Assembly: GCA_013239625.1 (NCBI GenBank) | Contig: MU054187.1 | Location: 7,784,358 to 7,848,357, forward strand | Length of the DNA: 64,000 nucleotides | Direction: 5' to 3' | Source of the DNA: Lama guanicoe | Taxonomy: Eukaryota | In this document: in pieces, positions 1 to 12,792 of the stretch | How the letters are laid out: each line of letters begins with the position of its first letter | Numbering within the stretch: the first letter of the stretch is position 1 | Position numbers and translations under genes: made by a program | The notes under the pieces: generated by a model | Told to the model about the DNA's origin: nothing | The model's input: the letters and a program-made list of their open reading frames with translations, nothing else | Database searches by the model: none

Positions 1-959
1 TAAATATGTTACAATTAATTTCATATGCTGTATTAAGACATTCATTTATATGCTCAGAACTACAGGGGTCTCCATAACAGCCCTAAGTAAGTCCATTTTG
101 CAGTACAAGGGACATTGTTAATGTTCAAAGATTAGAAAATGCACCCTCTTTGATCTTTGCTCCTTATTGAAAGACAGCGTTCAGACACCAGGAAGGCATT
201 TTTCTTCAAATAGTTGATTTCTCCTAGAGGAAGATATGATTAAATAGAATACTCCAGACTTAACAAGGCAACCAAAGAACTGGCAATTTCTTTTCAGCTC
301 CCTTCATTCTAGCATCTCAAAGCTGTTTGCATTGAGGTTTAGAAATCGAGACAGAACAAGTTGCCGACCCCAGAACTGAACAGCTACGTTCGTTGTTCCG
401 GTTGTGCGGGGATTGAAACAGAACGTCGGCCAGAGGCAGGCAGGCACGTTTTGCAGACGGGGCATTTTGTACAGTGGACTTTAATGGATGGCTCAGCATA
501 TGGTCTGGGCATCTGTACAAATGTTTAAAAAATAAAAAAATAATATATTGGATTCTCGCAAGGAATGAAACTGGAGGTTTAGGAAGGAAAGTGACTTTTG
601 TTGCTATTCCCCATGTTTCTTTGAAGCTCTCATGGTTTGTTGCCCTTCTATGCATTCCACCGTGCACTGCATCACTCACTAACGATGCTCCTGCCAGGCG
701 TGGTGGTAGGCACTGGAGTTCTGCTTCTGTTCACAGCCTCTGTGGATGGGGATTACAGTTCATTGAGACCTCGTTGCTAGCCATCTAGAGCTCCAAGCCA
801 AAGTCTCAACAAGTCGAGTGCATTCTCCCCCTTAAAATAAACTTTGGCTAATTTCAAAACACATTTCTATTTATGCCTGTAAAGGAGAAGAAATAGCAGA
901 TAGTGGCCAGGCTCTCTCCCACAAGCCTTGTCAAGTATCGCTAACCACCACACTGGTCT

Positions 960-1170
960 CACCTCACCCTGCCTTCCATTCTCTCTTCCACATAATAGCT
1001 AGGTGACTCTGCTCAGAAAATACCCAGTAGCTTTCCATTGCACTTAAGATGAGGACAAGTGCCTCTAATGTGGCCTTCCAACCCAGGGATGGTCTGGGCC
1101 CTGGGTACCACTGGAGCCTCATCTCAGGCTCAGTTCCCTCCGGCTGCACTGACTTTTTCTTGGTTATTCC
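960..1170 (+). mobile_element. L2 LINE fragment (ancient)
   Basis: CCAGTAGCTTTCCATTGCACTTAAGATGAGGACAAG...GGCCTTCCAA... resembles the L2 3' region (ggcttcccattgcacttagaataaaatccaaa...). Recognised by eye; limits approximate. Confidence 0.55.
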
Positions 1171-2879
1171 TCTGTGCCTGGGCTGTTCCCAGTGCTCTTT
1201 CCTCTGCAAAGCCCTCCATCAGAATCAAATCTTCCACTCTTAGGTACTGTTTGCAAAACAGCATTTTTATAATCTGTCTTGTATTCATTCCCAAGAAGAG
1301 ATCAGAGTCTGAGCATGATCTTCACATCTGTGGAAACTCTCTGCTTCCAAATTCCTTTATTCTAGATTTGGTTCCCATGATTGGATCCTCTGAATGGCAT
1401 GACAAAATTGCCAGAGGTTGATGAATAATGTGAGTCTGTTGTTATTGGAATTTCATTCATTAGAGAAAGACTATGAAAACCTTAATAATATCTTAATCTA
1501 GAATTTCAGGTTCACTAAAGAAATATAATTTTTCAGAATGTTTTCTTTGAAGTAGCTTCTCAATTTTACAAAAATTAATTGAAAATCTTCCTCAAGTAAA
1601 GGAATTTCAGAAATTCTTTGGTAATGATCAGACTTTTTTTTTTTAATGTTTTATTTTGGCTGTATTTAATTTCATTTGTGACTTCTCTCTATCAGTGAGA
1701 TCCTGCCTAGATCACCGACAGCGCTCTATCTATTAGTAGATGGGAGAACACACAGTGAATAATATTTGATCATTGCCCTAATTCTCAACAAGTATTTATC
1801 ATATGCTAATCTGTATTGGGGGCATACTAACCTGCCCTGGATTCTAAGAATATAATACCGAGCTAAACAGACACCATTACTCTCACGGAGTCAGAAGCCA
1901 GCACACAGGATGTGCACTACAATTTGTAACCACATACTGTGGAAAATGGTGTCAAGGAAAACACAAGGCAGCATGGAAAGACAGGAGAAGTCCTGGGGGT
2001 GGGCTGGGAGGCGCATGGAAGCGCTTGCCCATCCTCCTCCCGCCCACCACTTGGTGGAGGTGATGCTTGTACCGAAGAAAGAATAAGGCTGAACTTGATG
2101 CAGTGGGTTGAGGAGGTGGAAATTTGCCCCGAAGGAGGGAATAGCGTGAAAAAGTGATGCTGAGCATCATTCAGGCTCCCAAGAGTAGTTTTTGTATATT
2201 TTAATTTACTGTTAGTAAAATCACTCCCATTCTCCCTCTCGTTAATACCCTCTCATCACTATCATTAGTGTATAGCCTTAGGCTGGAGTCAACAGCTCCT
2301 ATGGGTGGATTTTAGGTCACCTGGACCTAAAAATTCTGAGATGCCACAGGAAGGAGTTCCAAAATTTCCCCCCCATATTTCCCTCAGTGGCTTCACATAT
2401 TTATTTTTCTGTTTCAGGCAATGCTCCCTGAAGAAATGTGAACTCCTCAAAGAGCAGTGAGCCTATTAGACCATAATGAATCATATGCTAGATGCTACTC
2501 AGGAAACCACTTAAAAACTCAAGGCTAATTAAGCCAGAAGAAGTCATCCTAGTGAGAGATGTATTAGGGATCTCGACGAGAAGTCCCGTCTACCTGGGCG
2601 CCTGTTCACATGTGCTCAACTCCAGACGTCGCCCATGTATTCACTCAGGCAATGTTTATCGATCACCTGCAACATGCCAGCTAGTATTTTTGCCACATCA
2701 ATGGCAAAACAGTCATGTCGGTTTTTCCCTGCCCCAATGACATATTAACAGTCACCAAATCAGCACGAGGCAACAGTAAACACGTTTCCCAAGGTTCACG
2801 TGCGGCGTAGGCCTGGCCAGTCACGCCCGGAGACAGAGATGCCTGCAGGGAGCTGTGTGTTCTCTTGGTGGCTCTTTCA

Positions 2880-3180
2880 TCCTGGTTGAGCTTTCTCACG
2901 CAGCTGGGGTCAGCTGGCTGTGGCTGAGCTTAGATGGCCTCAGCTGGGACAACTGGGGAAGCATAGTTCTGTTCTATGTGTCTCATTCACTCCTCAATAG
3001 GCTGGTGTAGGCATGTGCTCAGGGCCATGGCAGAAAGCGAGGGTGGACAAGTCCAATGACGTGTGTGCTTTTTCAAGCCTCTGTTTGTGTCACATTTCCT
3101 AACATCCCATTGGCCAAAGTCAACCTGAGAGCCAAGCTGAAAGGCAGTGTGGGAAAATACTGAAAAGTCATGTGGTAGAT
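2880..3180 (-). mobile_element. ERVL-MaLR LTR fragment (old MLT1 type)
   Basis: TTTCAAGCCTCTGTTTGTGTCACATTTCCTAACATCCCATTGGCCAAAG is the characteristic reverse-strand motif of old MLT1 LTRs. Confidence 0.65.
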
Positions 3181-3186
3181 ACCGTG

Positions 3187-3585
3187 TGTTATGGCTGAAT
3201 TGCATCCCCCCAAAATTCACTGAAGCCCTAACCCCCAGGGCAAGAGAATGTGACTATATTTGAAGATACAGCCTCTAAAGAGGTAATGAAGTTAAAATGA
3301 GGTCCTTAGGGTGGGCCGTAATGTAGTCTGACTGGTATTCTTACAAAAGGAAGTTTGGACACACAAAGAGACACCAGGGATGTGTGCACACAGAGAAAAG
3401 TCTGTGCAAGGGCACGGCAGGAAGGCGACGTCTGCCGGCCAAGGAGAGAAACCACAAGGGGAACCACACCTGCCAGCACCTTCATCTTGGACTTCTAGAC
3501 TCCAGAACCTTGAGAAGATAAATTTCAGCTGTTTAAGCCACCCAGTATGTAGTATTTTATTATGGCAGCCCTGGCAAATTAACAT
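3187..3585 (+). mobile_element. ERVL-MaLR solo LTR (MLT1A/B-like)
   Basis: Starts TGTTATGGCTGAATTG...CCCCCAAAATTCA; contains GAATGTGACTATATTTGAAGATA and CTTGGACTTCTAGACTCCAGAAC; ends TGTTTAAGCCACCCAG...TATGGCAGCCCTGGCAAATTAACATA. Confidence 0.85.
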
Positions 3586-5184
3586 AGGGAGAGATGAAAA
3601 AGAGAAGCCCCCCCCTTTTTTCTTGCAATATATTACAACAGACAAAAATCCATGCCCTCCTAGACCCTAAATTCCAAAGGGGGAAATAAACAATAGACAC
3701 AATAAAGCCAGTAAATCATATAATATATAAGAAGGTGACACATGCTATGGAAAAATTAAAGTTAAACAGGGTTAGGGGATCAGTCGTGCTGGAGGTAGAA
3801 GGTAACAACTTTCAGAATTAATTGGATGGTCAGGGTAAGCACCACTGAGAAGGAAAAATGAATGAACCCTAGAAAGAGGTCAGGGAGTTAATCCTAAGGA
3901 TCTCTGTGTAGAGCATTCCAGGCAGAATCAAGAGGAGCTGCCTGGAGAGTTGGAGGCGCAGCAAGACGCCAAGGTGAACGAGAACAGGGGGAGATGGGTC
4001 GGAGGCACGGCCGAGGCCAGCCTGCGTGGAGCCTCCCAGACCGAGCAGAGACCTCAGACATCACAAGGTTGCGAAGGACGTCCTCTACGCCTGGCTTCCT
4101 CTCATTTCTCAGTCTGTGTCTGTTGTTGGTCCTACCAATCCCCGGTTTCTGAGACCCAGTTACTAACCTGATCTAAGGTTTACATTTTCCCATAAGGTGG
4201 GGGTATTTGAAAGATATTCCTCATACCAGTCAGAATCCTCTCCTAATTCTGAAGGTTCTTTTTATTTTACCAACATAATCTTTCCTCTCAACAACCCATT
4301 CTTTGGCTTCCTTAAGTTGCTAAAACTAATATGTTGTCAGTTTCTTCATTAGATACGTTCTAAAGATGCTTGTTAATGCTGGCATGATACTGAAAAAGGA
4401 TTCCAGACATGGGACCATTGCTTATAAGGTGCTTGGAACTGAGTGCCTGGCATATAAGAATTGTTCAATAAGCACCAACTATTTTATCTTTAATTTGTTT
4501 TGTTTTTTGTAGACCTGGCAAGGAGGTTGATGGGCACCTTGCTAGCATCCGGGCCTTCTAGATATTTATCTATTACTCATTTTACCTGAATGAGCTTCTG
4601 CTGAGTGATGTGTCTGTGCACAAATGTGGTGTATATATATATATGTTCACTGAGTTTTTCTCAACTACATGTTTAATGATATATGAATAGTTTTTATTTG
4701 ATCTTGTTCAAATATGGATTCTGAGGTTATTGCCAGTTAAATTATGTCTCTCAGATTATAAATCATAATTTACAAATGTTTTTTATTGATTTTTTATATA
4801 ACTTTTTATGTTTTTCAAGGATATCTATTCGTAAGTCATCAGATAAGTCTAGCAAGGAAAACATCTATTTCTCTTGCCACTCACTTTACTTAGTATCAAG
4901 TTGCAACCTTCTGTCATAATTTCTTATAAAACTTTAAAATATTGTTTCTAGTGAAATAAATCAAATGTTCACTAGAAACATTTTCCTGTGATGGATCAAT
5001 AATTGTTAGTTCATTCGTATCAGTAGCTAAATAATTTTCATTTGAGTCAGTGAAGTTCTATACTGTCATTGGAGCTAAGATTTGATGCATTCTGTTAATA
5101 TGCAGAAAACATAGCTCCACTAGTTTAAATAAGGAGAATTTAGAAATTAAAGACAAGGTGATTTTTCATTGTGTTACATCATTA

Positions 5185-6440
5185 TCAGTTATTTATCAAG
5201 TGCCACGTTTCAGGAACAAAAGATGTGGTGGCGAAATAGACATACTGGATTTCTGTTTTCATAGAACTTGTATTTTAGCAGGAGAAACAGATAATAAATG
5301 GGTAGAGAAGTAAGTAAATCAATAAGCAAGACAACTTTGGGTGGCAAGTACAGGGAAAAAAATACTACAGAGCAATGAGATGGAAAGTGACTTTCAAAAA
5401 TGTTGCATAGGGTGGTTGTAAGTGACCTTTGAGGTAGGACACTGGAGCTGAGACCTGAATAACAAAGAGTTTACCAGGTGAAGATCTGAAAGAAGAAAGC
5501 TCTGCGCAGGAAGGAGGGTCAATGAAAAGGCCCTGGAGGTGTGAGCACTTTGGTGGGAGTGAACAATGGAAGGGAGCACCCAGGGGAGGGGGTGGGTGAG
5601 TGGAGTTAAGGTGGCGGAGTTGGCAGGGACTGGATTATATGGGCTGCAGTGGCCGCACAAAGAATCTGTACATTATTTTGTTTCACTACAATAGAAAGTA
5701 TCAAAGGGTTTTGGACAAGGGAAACGTGGAAATTGATCTAGAGGGCTACAGAGAGACCTGTTGGGAAGCCACCGAAGTAGCCCAATTAAGGGGTGATTGA
5801 TGATGGTCTGGACTAAGTTGGTTTGGGATATATTTATGGCACAGTGCTCACAGGACTTCCTGCTGAACTGGTGTGAGTGGTGAAAGAATTAAGAACTCCT
5901 ATGTTTTTGACTTTGCCCATAAGTTGGTGGTGGTGCTACATACTGAAATAGGAAGTAGAGGAAATCCTTATTTACTGATGTAGGGTGAAGGCTTGGAAAA
6001 GAAGGCATATTGAGCATCCTAATTAGGTCCTGTTAAATTTCAGATACTGCTGCCAAGTCCAAACTCATTCTGTTTGCCGCTCGACAGGCCAATAAATCGG
6101 GAGACGAGATGTTGGGCAAGGAATAGCGACTTCATCCAGAAAGCCGGCGAACTGAGAGGATGGCAGACTAATGTTTTGGAGAACCACCCTGCTCCAGTCA
6201 GAGTACCGGCTCCTTTTATGCAAAAAACAAGGGAGGGGGTGTGGTTGATTGTTGCAATCTTCTTGCTGTAGGCATTCTTTGTTCTTGCAGCCGGCCCGTG
6301 GGCCAGGTCTTGGTGTCCCTGTAAACCTCCAACAAAGCAAAGGTTATTCTCTACTACAACACCTTTGACATACCGATGGGAGATAGAGCTATGTCCTGTG
6401 GCTCAGAGGAGAGCCGAGAGCTGGACATACGCGCTTGTGA
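5185..6440 (-). mobile_element. L2 LINE fragment interrupted by an ERV LTR at 6048-6370
   Basis: ATTTATCAAGTGCC..., CTTTGAGGTAGGACACTGGAGCTGAGACCTGAAT and GAAGTAGCCCAATTAAGGGGTGAT...GGTCTGGACTAAG are typical of reverse-strand L2. Confidence 0.65.
6048..6370 (-). mobile_element. ERV1-type solo LTR (cetartiodactyl family), short or internally deleted
   Basis: TG...CA termini; TTGCCGCTCGACAGGCCAATAAATCGGGAGACGAGATGTTGGGCAAGGAATAGCGACTT resembles the U5 end of artiodactyl ERV1 LTRs; approximate 4-bp TSD ATAC; retains CpGs relative to its flanks. Confidence 0.7.
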
Positions 6441-9400
6441 ATCACTGAGCGGCAGTGGATGAACGCGCAGAAATATATACTCTGGTGGGACAGTCACTAT
6501 GCCGCCCTGTGCAGTTTGCCAGAACCCCAACTTTAAGACTCTGAAAGACCAGGACAGCAGAAATTTCTAAAGTCCTTCAGGAACAGAATCAAATATGCTT
6601 TTACTGTCCTATTTCCTTTGCTTTCCAATCTCACAGCACTCTTTCGCAGGAACAGCTTTCTCCCTCACAGTGGTCCATCGTGGGCTTCTGGTAGCGAGCT
6701 ACACCTTTCCTCAGTCATCTGGGAGCTTATGGTTCTATTACACGGAAGTAACTGTGTAAGTCTGTGGAATTTCATCAGGCTGCAAACTCTGCCCGCTACT
6801 GTCCTTGACCCCCAGGCTCCATCTTTGAACTCTTGTGCCCCTGCGCGTCTTTTCACTGTGTACCAGTTGTCCCAGACTCTGCCCCTGTGTGGGCTGGTGA
6901 AGGAATGATGGGCAGCTTCAGGAAGGGTTTGGTTTTCTTCTTTCTGTATAAGAACAAAGAAACTGGGCGAGGTCAGAATTGCGTAAAACTAGCTCAACCA
7001 ATTTCCACAATTATCTGAACTCCTTTTCTTGGCAGGTAAGAGTCAGGATGCCAGGCTTGGGTGTGAGGCTGTGGTGAGCATGGAGCGGGGAGCCTACAAC
7101 ACAGCCATGGAACAGAAGACCAGGAGAAAGGTTTTGAAATCACTATTTTGATGTAGCCTTTTGGTGCCATGGGTATTTTCTGGTTCTTGGGGGAAAAAAA
7201 TGCTCAGGAAAATAAATCATTACCAAGTCATCATTGTTCCATCCTTGATCCTTACTCACCTCTCACTCTTGTGGCCACAAAATGTCCATAGCATCAAAAT
7301 GGCCTCTCAAAATATTCTGTCCCAGATCTAACAAATAACTTCTGGTGTGAAGCTGATAAGAAAACCTGGTAGTTTAAGGAAAACAAGAGAGAAAATTGGA
7401 TGGACCAAGGTGAGGCATGTGGTATTAGGCTGGAAACTGGGAGAACCAGAATAGAACGAGGATTCCAAATTAGGAGATGCAGTAGTACAATATGGACCCG
7501 GGAAGGGTTGTGTGGTCCTCTGTGGCAGACCCATGAGGTCTTCTGTTTGGCACCTTGGCCTCGGTGCATGGCTGCCAAATGGTTGGTGAGTGCTCAGCTC
7601 AGTCAGGACCTAGAATCTGACTGGGGCGACGTCCCCACAGCAGAGAGATGAGGCAGCCAAGCAAAGGACATCCTGACACGTGGGAAGCATGGGGTTTCTC
7701 CCTGAAAATGACATCCTCCAGGGCAGAGGACTCATCCAGAGTCATCACATCCATTAGCCCTTTCGCATCTCTGCAGATTCACGTAAGGAAATGATACAGA
7801 TATACAAACAAAAAACAAAATTTCAAAACAAGACTTTTTAAAGGACTTGGAAGTGGTAGGTGATGTTATCAGTCCATTCGTATTGAATGCTGTGACTATT
7901 AGGCAGGCCAAAGAGACAATGTTAAATAGTAGAATTTGGCTGTCTGGACTGCAGGTTGTGATACTGAAACCCAGGTTCTTGACAAGGGACTGGCAGTAGG
8001 AAGATTAGGAAGAATGCAACTGGAAGAAGATTTTCTCACATTAGTGGGAAGCTTCTAAATTGAGGGAGAAAAATGCCCAGATAAAACTATTAAAACAATT
8101 CCTATGAAGGAAAGTTCGTATCCTAGAAGGATGGCAGTAAGAAGAAATGTTCCATAAAGCCAAGGAGTAAACAGGAGGAAAGATTATTGGGAGCAACACA
8201 AGGTGACAAGTCACACCAAACTACTCACTTCTCCTTTCTTTGATATACATGGAAAATGGTCCATGAGAAACAGAGTGCTCCTTAATTTCAAGCAACATTC
8301 CTGAAACTCTTTCACAGTTTCCCTTAATGGGTAAAGTTTAGAAATATGGTCTGACAGCACAGCTAGGTGGATTCTCAGTTGATGAAACATCAGAGATTGT
8401 ACAGTCTTCTTACTCTAAGAGAAGTCTTTAATAGCAGCCCCGACAGCCTTTCTTCATCTTGGTGTGTGCCACGTTTCACTGAGGACCTAGATGGAGTCAT
8501 GAATCACATCCTGTCCATCTCTGTGACTGACTCCATAACCAAGATTAACAGCAAATACTAAAATAATAGAATTAGGGTTGAAAATGATACAAACGGGTTA
8601 AAAGGAAGACTTAACTTGTGAGGTAAATTGTAATAGTGATAAACATTATGATCTGCAGTCTGCGCCAAAGCGCAGAATGGGAAGGTTAGAACGTAAGCAG
8701 TAAAAAGATCTAGGAGTGTCAAGGTGACTCCAAGTTCAACGTGAGCCAGCAGCGCTACCTGGCTGCGCAAATAAGCCCACATCTGGTCCCCCTATCGTGT
8801 GAGCCATTGGACGGGGGGTTCTCAAGCCTCCCTTCCATCTCTGAGGCCCCCTTTCTATTCCTAGCCGCATTGTAGGACTGCCACTTCCAGTTAAAATGAA
8901 ACTGTGAAAATGTGTGTGTGTGTCCAAGTGGACGTGTTTGTGTATGTGCAGATGCTCACACGAGCCTGCACACACACGAAGGAGCAGTGCCTCGCTGCAG
9001 ACAAGGATCACAGACAGAAAGAACAAGTGTCCTTCTCTGATGATCACTGCCTCCTGGCCACACCCTGGGTGCCAATGGAACCATTCTTTCACCTTGTCTG
9101 ACTATGTGCGGGAGAAAACGGAGCTGAATGGCAGGGTGACACGAATATAACAGGACAAAAACAAATGGACCCCAAGACTAGCAAACCAGAACTTGACCCT
9201 AAACTGAACCCCCACCCCCACCACAAAAGCTAGATTCTTCCCATATAAGTCTTTAAGCCAATGATATTTTTATAAGGAGCAAAAGAGGTGTTCTTTTAAA
9301 ATACAGAACTACTAGAATTAGGCATGTTCTGAGATGGAGATTCCTGACCACTGCTGCATTTTAAGCCAGGCAATTTCACTGTGTCTTCTGGGGAGAAAAA

Positions 9401-11827
9401 AAAAAAAAACTCCTTTTTTCCCTCCCATAAAACTACAAAATATTTTCATAGAATGCAGATTAGAAAGAAAATTTCCTCCATTTCCCATTTCTGTAGAATT
9501 CCCATGAGGTTTTTTTTTTTTTTTTTTTAGTATTTTCTGATTTTTTTAGAGGTACAGAATTTTTTTTTTCACATAGCTGCAATTTCAACCTTCTGAACAT
9601 TAAGCAGATATAAATTATCTACAAGGCTAAAAAGTCTTTGATTAACAAGCTAGGGAATTGCAGGTATTAAAATTGCCCCCCAGAGGGAGGGCATATCGTT
9701 CCATGAATGCATTAGACATCTACTTTGAATTACAAAGAAAAATTAATTAAAAAGTATATGTTTATAAGTAATGTGTGTTCCCCTGAGTTCACCCCAAAAG
9801 CCACATATATGCAGAATCTAATAAAATTAAATTACATTCGCTGCATATTTTACTGCAGCAACATGGAGAAAAAGATAAAAGCAGGTGCTACCTAACGTTT
9901 CATTCTAGAGAACTTCCGGAGCGTCCCAACTGGTCGGAATGGGTTTTAGTGCCAGACATCCAAGGGGGAATTCTCTGTGTGGCCAACACAGGGCTGCAGC
10001 TGCCTTGGGAAGGGCGACCCAGTGCTCCTGTGAATGGCTCTGCTTCCAGCCTCTTTGCCATGCTCTGAATTAGTCTAGCCATGAGCACCCAGATTCTGCA
10101 GAGTTGCTGGTGATGGAGAGAGTCAGCAGCTCCATTCACCGGGAGACACCTACACTGGGAACTAGCGGGCAGCCCTGCCGGTTGTTGGCCATTTTAACAA
10201 GTCCAACCTCAGGCACAGTCTTTTCCTTCTCGTCTGATCTATCAGACGGTATGGCCTTAGCGTCTCTGGAAGCATGTGGGTCTAGAAGCAATCAGAGAGT
10301 GTTCTGACATCCAACACTTGCCCATATTTTGTTTATTCCGTAGATATCTCATTGCGTTAGCTTTTTGTGCCTTTTTTTTCCTTCCCTGTGCTTTTCCCCT
10401 TTCTGTTACCATGGAAACAATTTCCCTGGTAGGGGAGGAGCCTAATGACATCCAGGAGTGTGAAGTAAAGTCAATTTATATCATGGTTTGTGAAACATTG
10501 GGAGTTTGTAATCGTTGTTATCACCACATATGGTAAATCAATCTCTCTCTAGAGCAAATTTCTAAATATTGATATGAGTATGGGGGTGAGAGAATTATAG
10601 AGAATCGTGCATCTCGGCAACTTAACATGGCAGCCTTTAAGATATCCATTTCTATTTTGTTTTGTTTGTACAAATAAAAAATGAAATACAAAAGAGACAA
10701 AATGCATGATTTGTGGTTTTTTAAAATCTACTTTAAGTCTCTAACATAAAGCATACAGTTGCTTTAATTATACAAATTGAGAAGTCCTGTCTGATCATGT
10801 ATAAAGTTTATATATATATGTATGTGTGTGTAAAAGTGTAGTTTTTTACCTACAGCTGTAGACAGACGAACAGCTATGCCACCTTCATTCTCGCTGCCAT
10901 CATTTTCACTTTGCCTCATGGTATTTGGACAACCACGTTAATCCAGAAAATGTAGGCTTTAAAAGTTTGTCAAAATATGTGCACATCACATAGAAAGTGA
11001 GGGGATTATATTTTTAGGTTTTAAAAGAGCCTGGTTTGTCCCCCTTTCTGAACCAAAATTTGTTTATTTGGTTTCACTTATAGCTTGTTCTGCTTTCTGC
11101 TTCCTCCCAAAGGGCTGTGAATGATGAGACGACAAAATATTGGATGATTTGTGCTCTTGAAACAGATGCCACCTGAGCTGCGACAGGTATTTTAAGTATA
11201 ATCTTCCGCATTCTCTGAACACTCTGATTTGAACATTTTCAAACCTTGGGCATCTTCCTCTTCGTTTACCATCAAAATGAGTCACCTCTTGGGTGTGAAG
11301 AGAGAGCTGGGAGTAAAATGGGAACGTTAAATACAGGTGCCAAGGGAACCAGCGAGAGTTAGAACCGTAGCTTGAAGTTTGGCGGGCTGCGAACACAGAT
11401 GCAGAACGGCCCGGGAGGCTGGGAGGAATTTTTATTTTATTTTATTTATTTTTTTTTTTGCTAAAAGAGCACCCTGTGTTAATTTTAATGAACAGAGAAA
11501 TTGTGGCTTGGCTGACATTTTTGAAAAGCATCCATTCTTCTTAAATGACTCCTGTGTGGCACTCACGTAACACCTTGTCCTCTTGTGGAGCGTGGTCAGG
11601 GCTGACCAGATCATTGTAATGTTGTGTGATCTCTTTCCCTACTTAGATTTGGGGAAATGTTGACCATTTTATGATCTTTTGAGACAAAGATTTTTCAACT
11701 GAAAAGGGAAGAAATTTGACAGTAAGAAAAAAAATCTCAAACCCTCTTACTTGCAATTTGGGGAGATAATATTTTATCTTATTTTTTAACTTCAGAATAA
11801 AATGCTTTATTTTCCTCTTGTTCTTCT

Positions 11828-12350
11828 TTTAAACTGAAGTAGACTTGATTCACAATGTTGTATTAGTTTCTGGTGTACAACATAGTGATTCAGTTATACA
11901 TACATATATTCTTTTTCATTATAGGTTATTACAAGATATTGAATATAATTTCCTGTGCTGTACGGTAGGACCTTGCTGTTTATCTGTTTTATATGTAGTA
12001 GTTTGTATCTGCTAATCCCAAACTAATTTTTTCCTCCCCACCTTCCCCCTTTGATAACTGTAAGTTTGTTTTCTATATCTGTGCATCTGTTTCTGGTTTG
12101 TAAATAAATTTATTTGTGTCATTTTTTTAGATTCCACATATAAGTGATATCGTATGATATTTGTCTTTCTCTGTCTGACTTCACTCAATATGATAATCTC
12201 TAGGTCCATCCATGTTGCTGCAAATGGCATTATTTCATTCTTTTTACGGCTGAGTAGTATTCCATTGTGTGTGTGTGTGTGTGTACACACACTGCATCTT
12301 CTTTATCCCGTCATCTCTCGATGGGCATTTAGGCTGCATCTGTGTCTTGG
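11828..12350 (-). mobile_element. L1 3' end (lineage-specific, 5'-truncated)
   Basis: The minus-strand translation contains L1 ORF2 C-terminal KKNEIMPFAATWMDLEIIILSEV, followed by an L1 3'UTR. Same subfamily as 41893-42644. Confidence 0.92.
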
Positions 12351-12694
12351 TTAGAAAATCGAATTCTGTGCAATTAAAGATAATGGGTAAAGCCTGAAGG
12401 GAGGGGATGGAATAAAGATCAGGATGGTTGTTGAAATGATTTTTGAAAACACCTCTGATTTCAGCAGAAACCCAAACAAGTTGGCTTTGTATTTGTGGGC
12501 ATTGCCTTTCCGATTCTGCTGTGCTGAATGTGGGTCCATTTCTCCCAGGCTTTGTACCACATGAGTTGGTCTCACAATTGCTTCTCACCAAAGAATGAGT
12601 TCAGTGAAAAGTTTGCCGTAATACTGGGAAACAGAACACGCCCCAAGGGCCGGTTCAGAGCAGGCTGGAGAAGGGAATGCGGCCAGAGTGGCCC

Positions 12695-12792
12695 TGGGCC
12701 GGGCTGGGGTGGGGGCTGGGCTGGGGGCTGGGNNNNNNNNNNNNNNNNNNNNNNNNNNNNNNNNNNNNNNNNNNNNNNNGGGCTGGGCTGGC
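12695..12792 (+). repeat. G-rich (GGGCT/GGGGT)n repeat spanning an assembly gap
   Basis: GGGCTGGGGTGGGGGCTGGGCTGGGGGCTGGG before the N run and GGGCTGGGCTGG after it. Confidence 0.85.
12733..12779. other. Assembly gap (47 N)
   Basis: Run of N seen directly in the sequence. Confidence 1.

Larger units (their letters stand above)
2630..4040 (-). mobile_element. Fragmented L2 LINE interrupted by two MLT1 LTRs
   Basis: L2 3'-end-like ATTCACTCAGGCAATGTTTATCGATCACCTG near 2640. L2-like text resumes after about 3640 (CATGCCCTCCTAG..., CATGCTATGGAAAAATTAAAG, GAGCATTCCAGGCAGA). Confidence 0.55.

Noticed and set aside
12695..12792. Immunoglobulin switch region
   Set aside because: GGGCT/GGGGT pentamers are present, but the visible tract is under 100 bp, lacks GAGCT/AGCT units, and has no Ig constant exons nearby.
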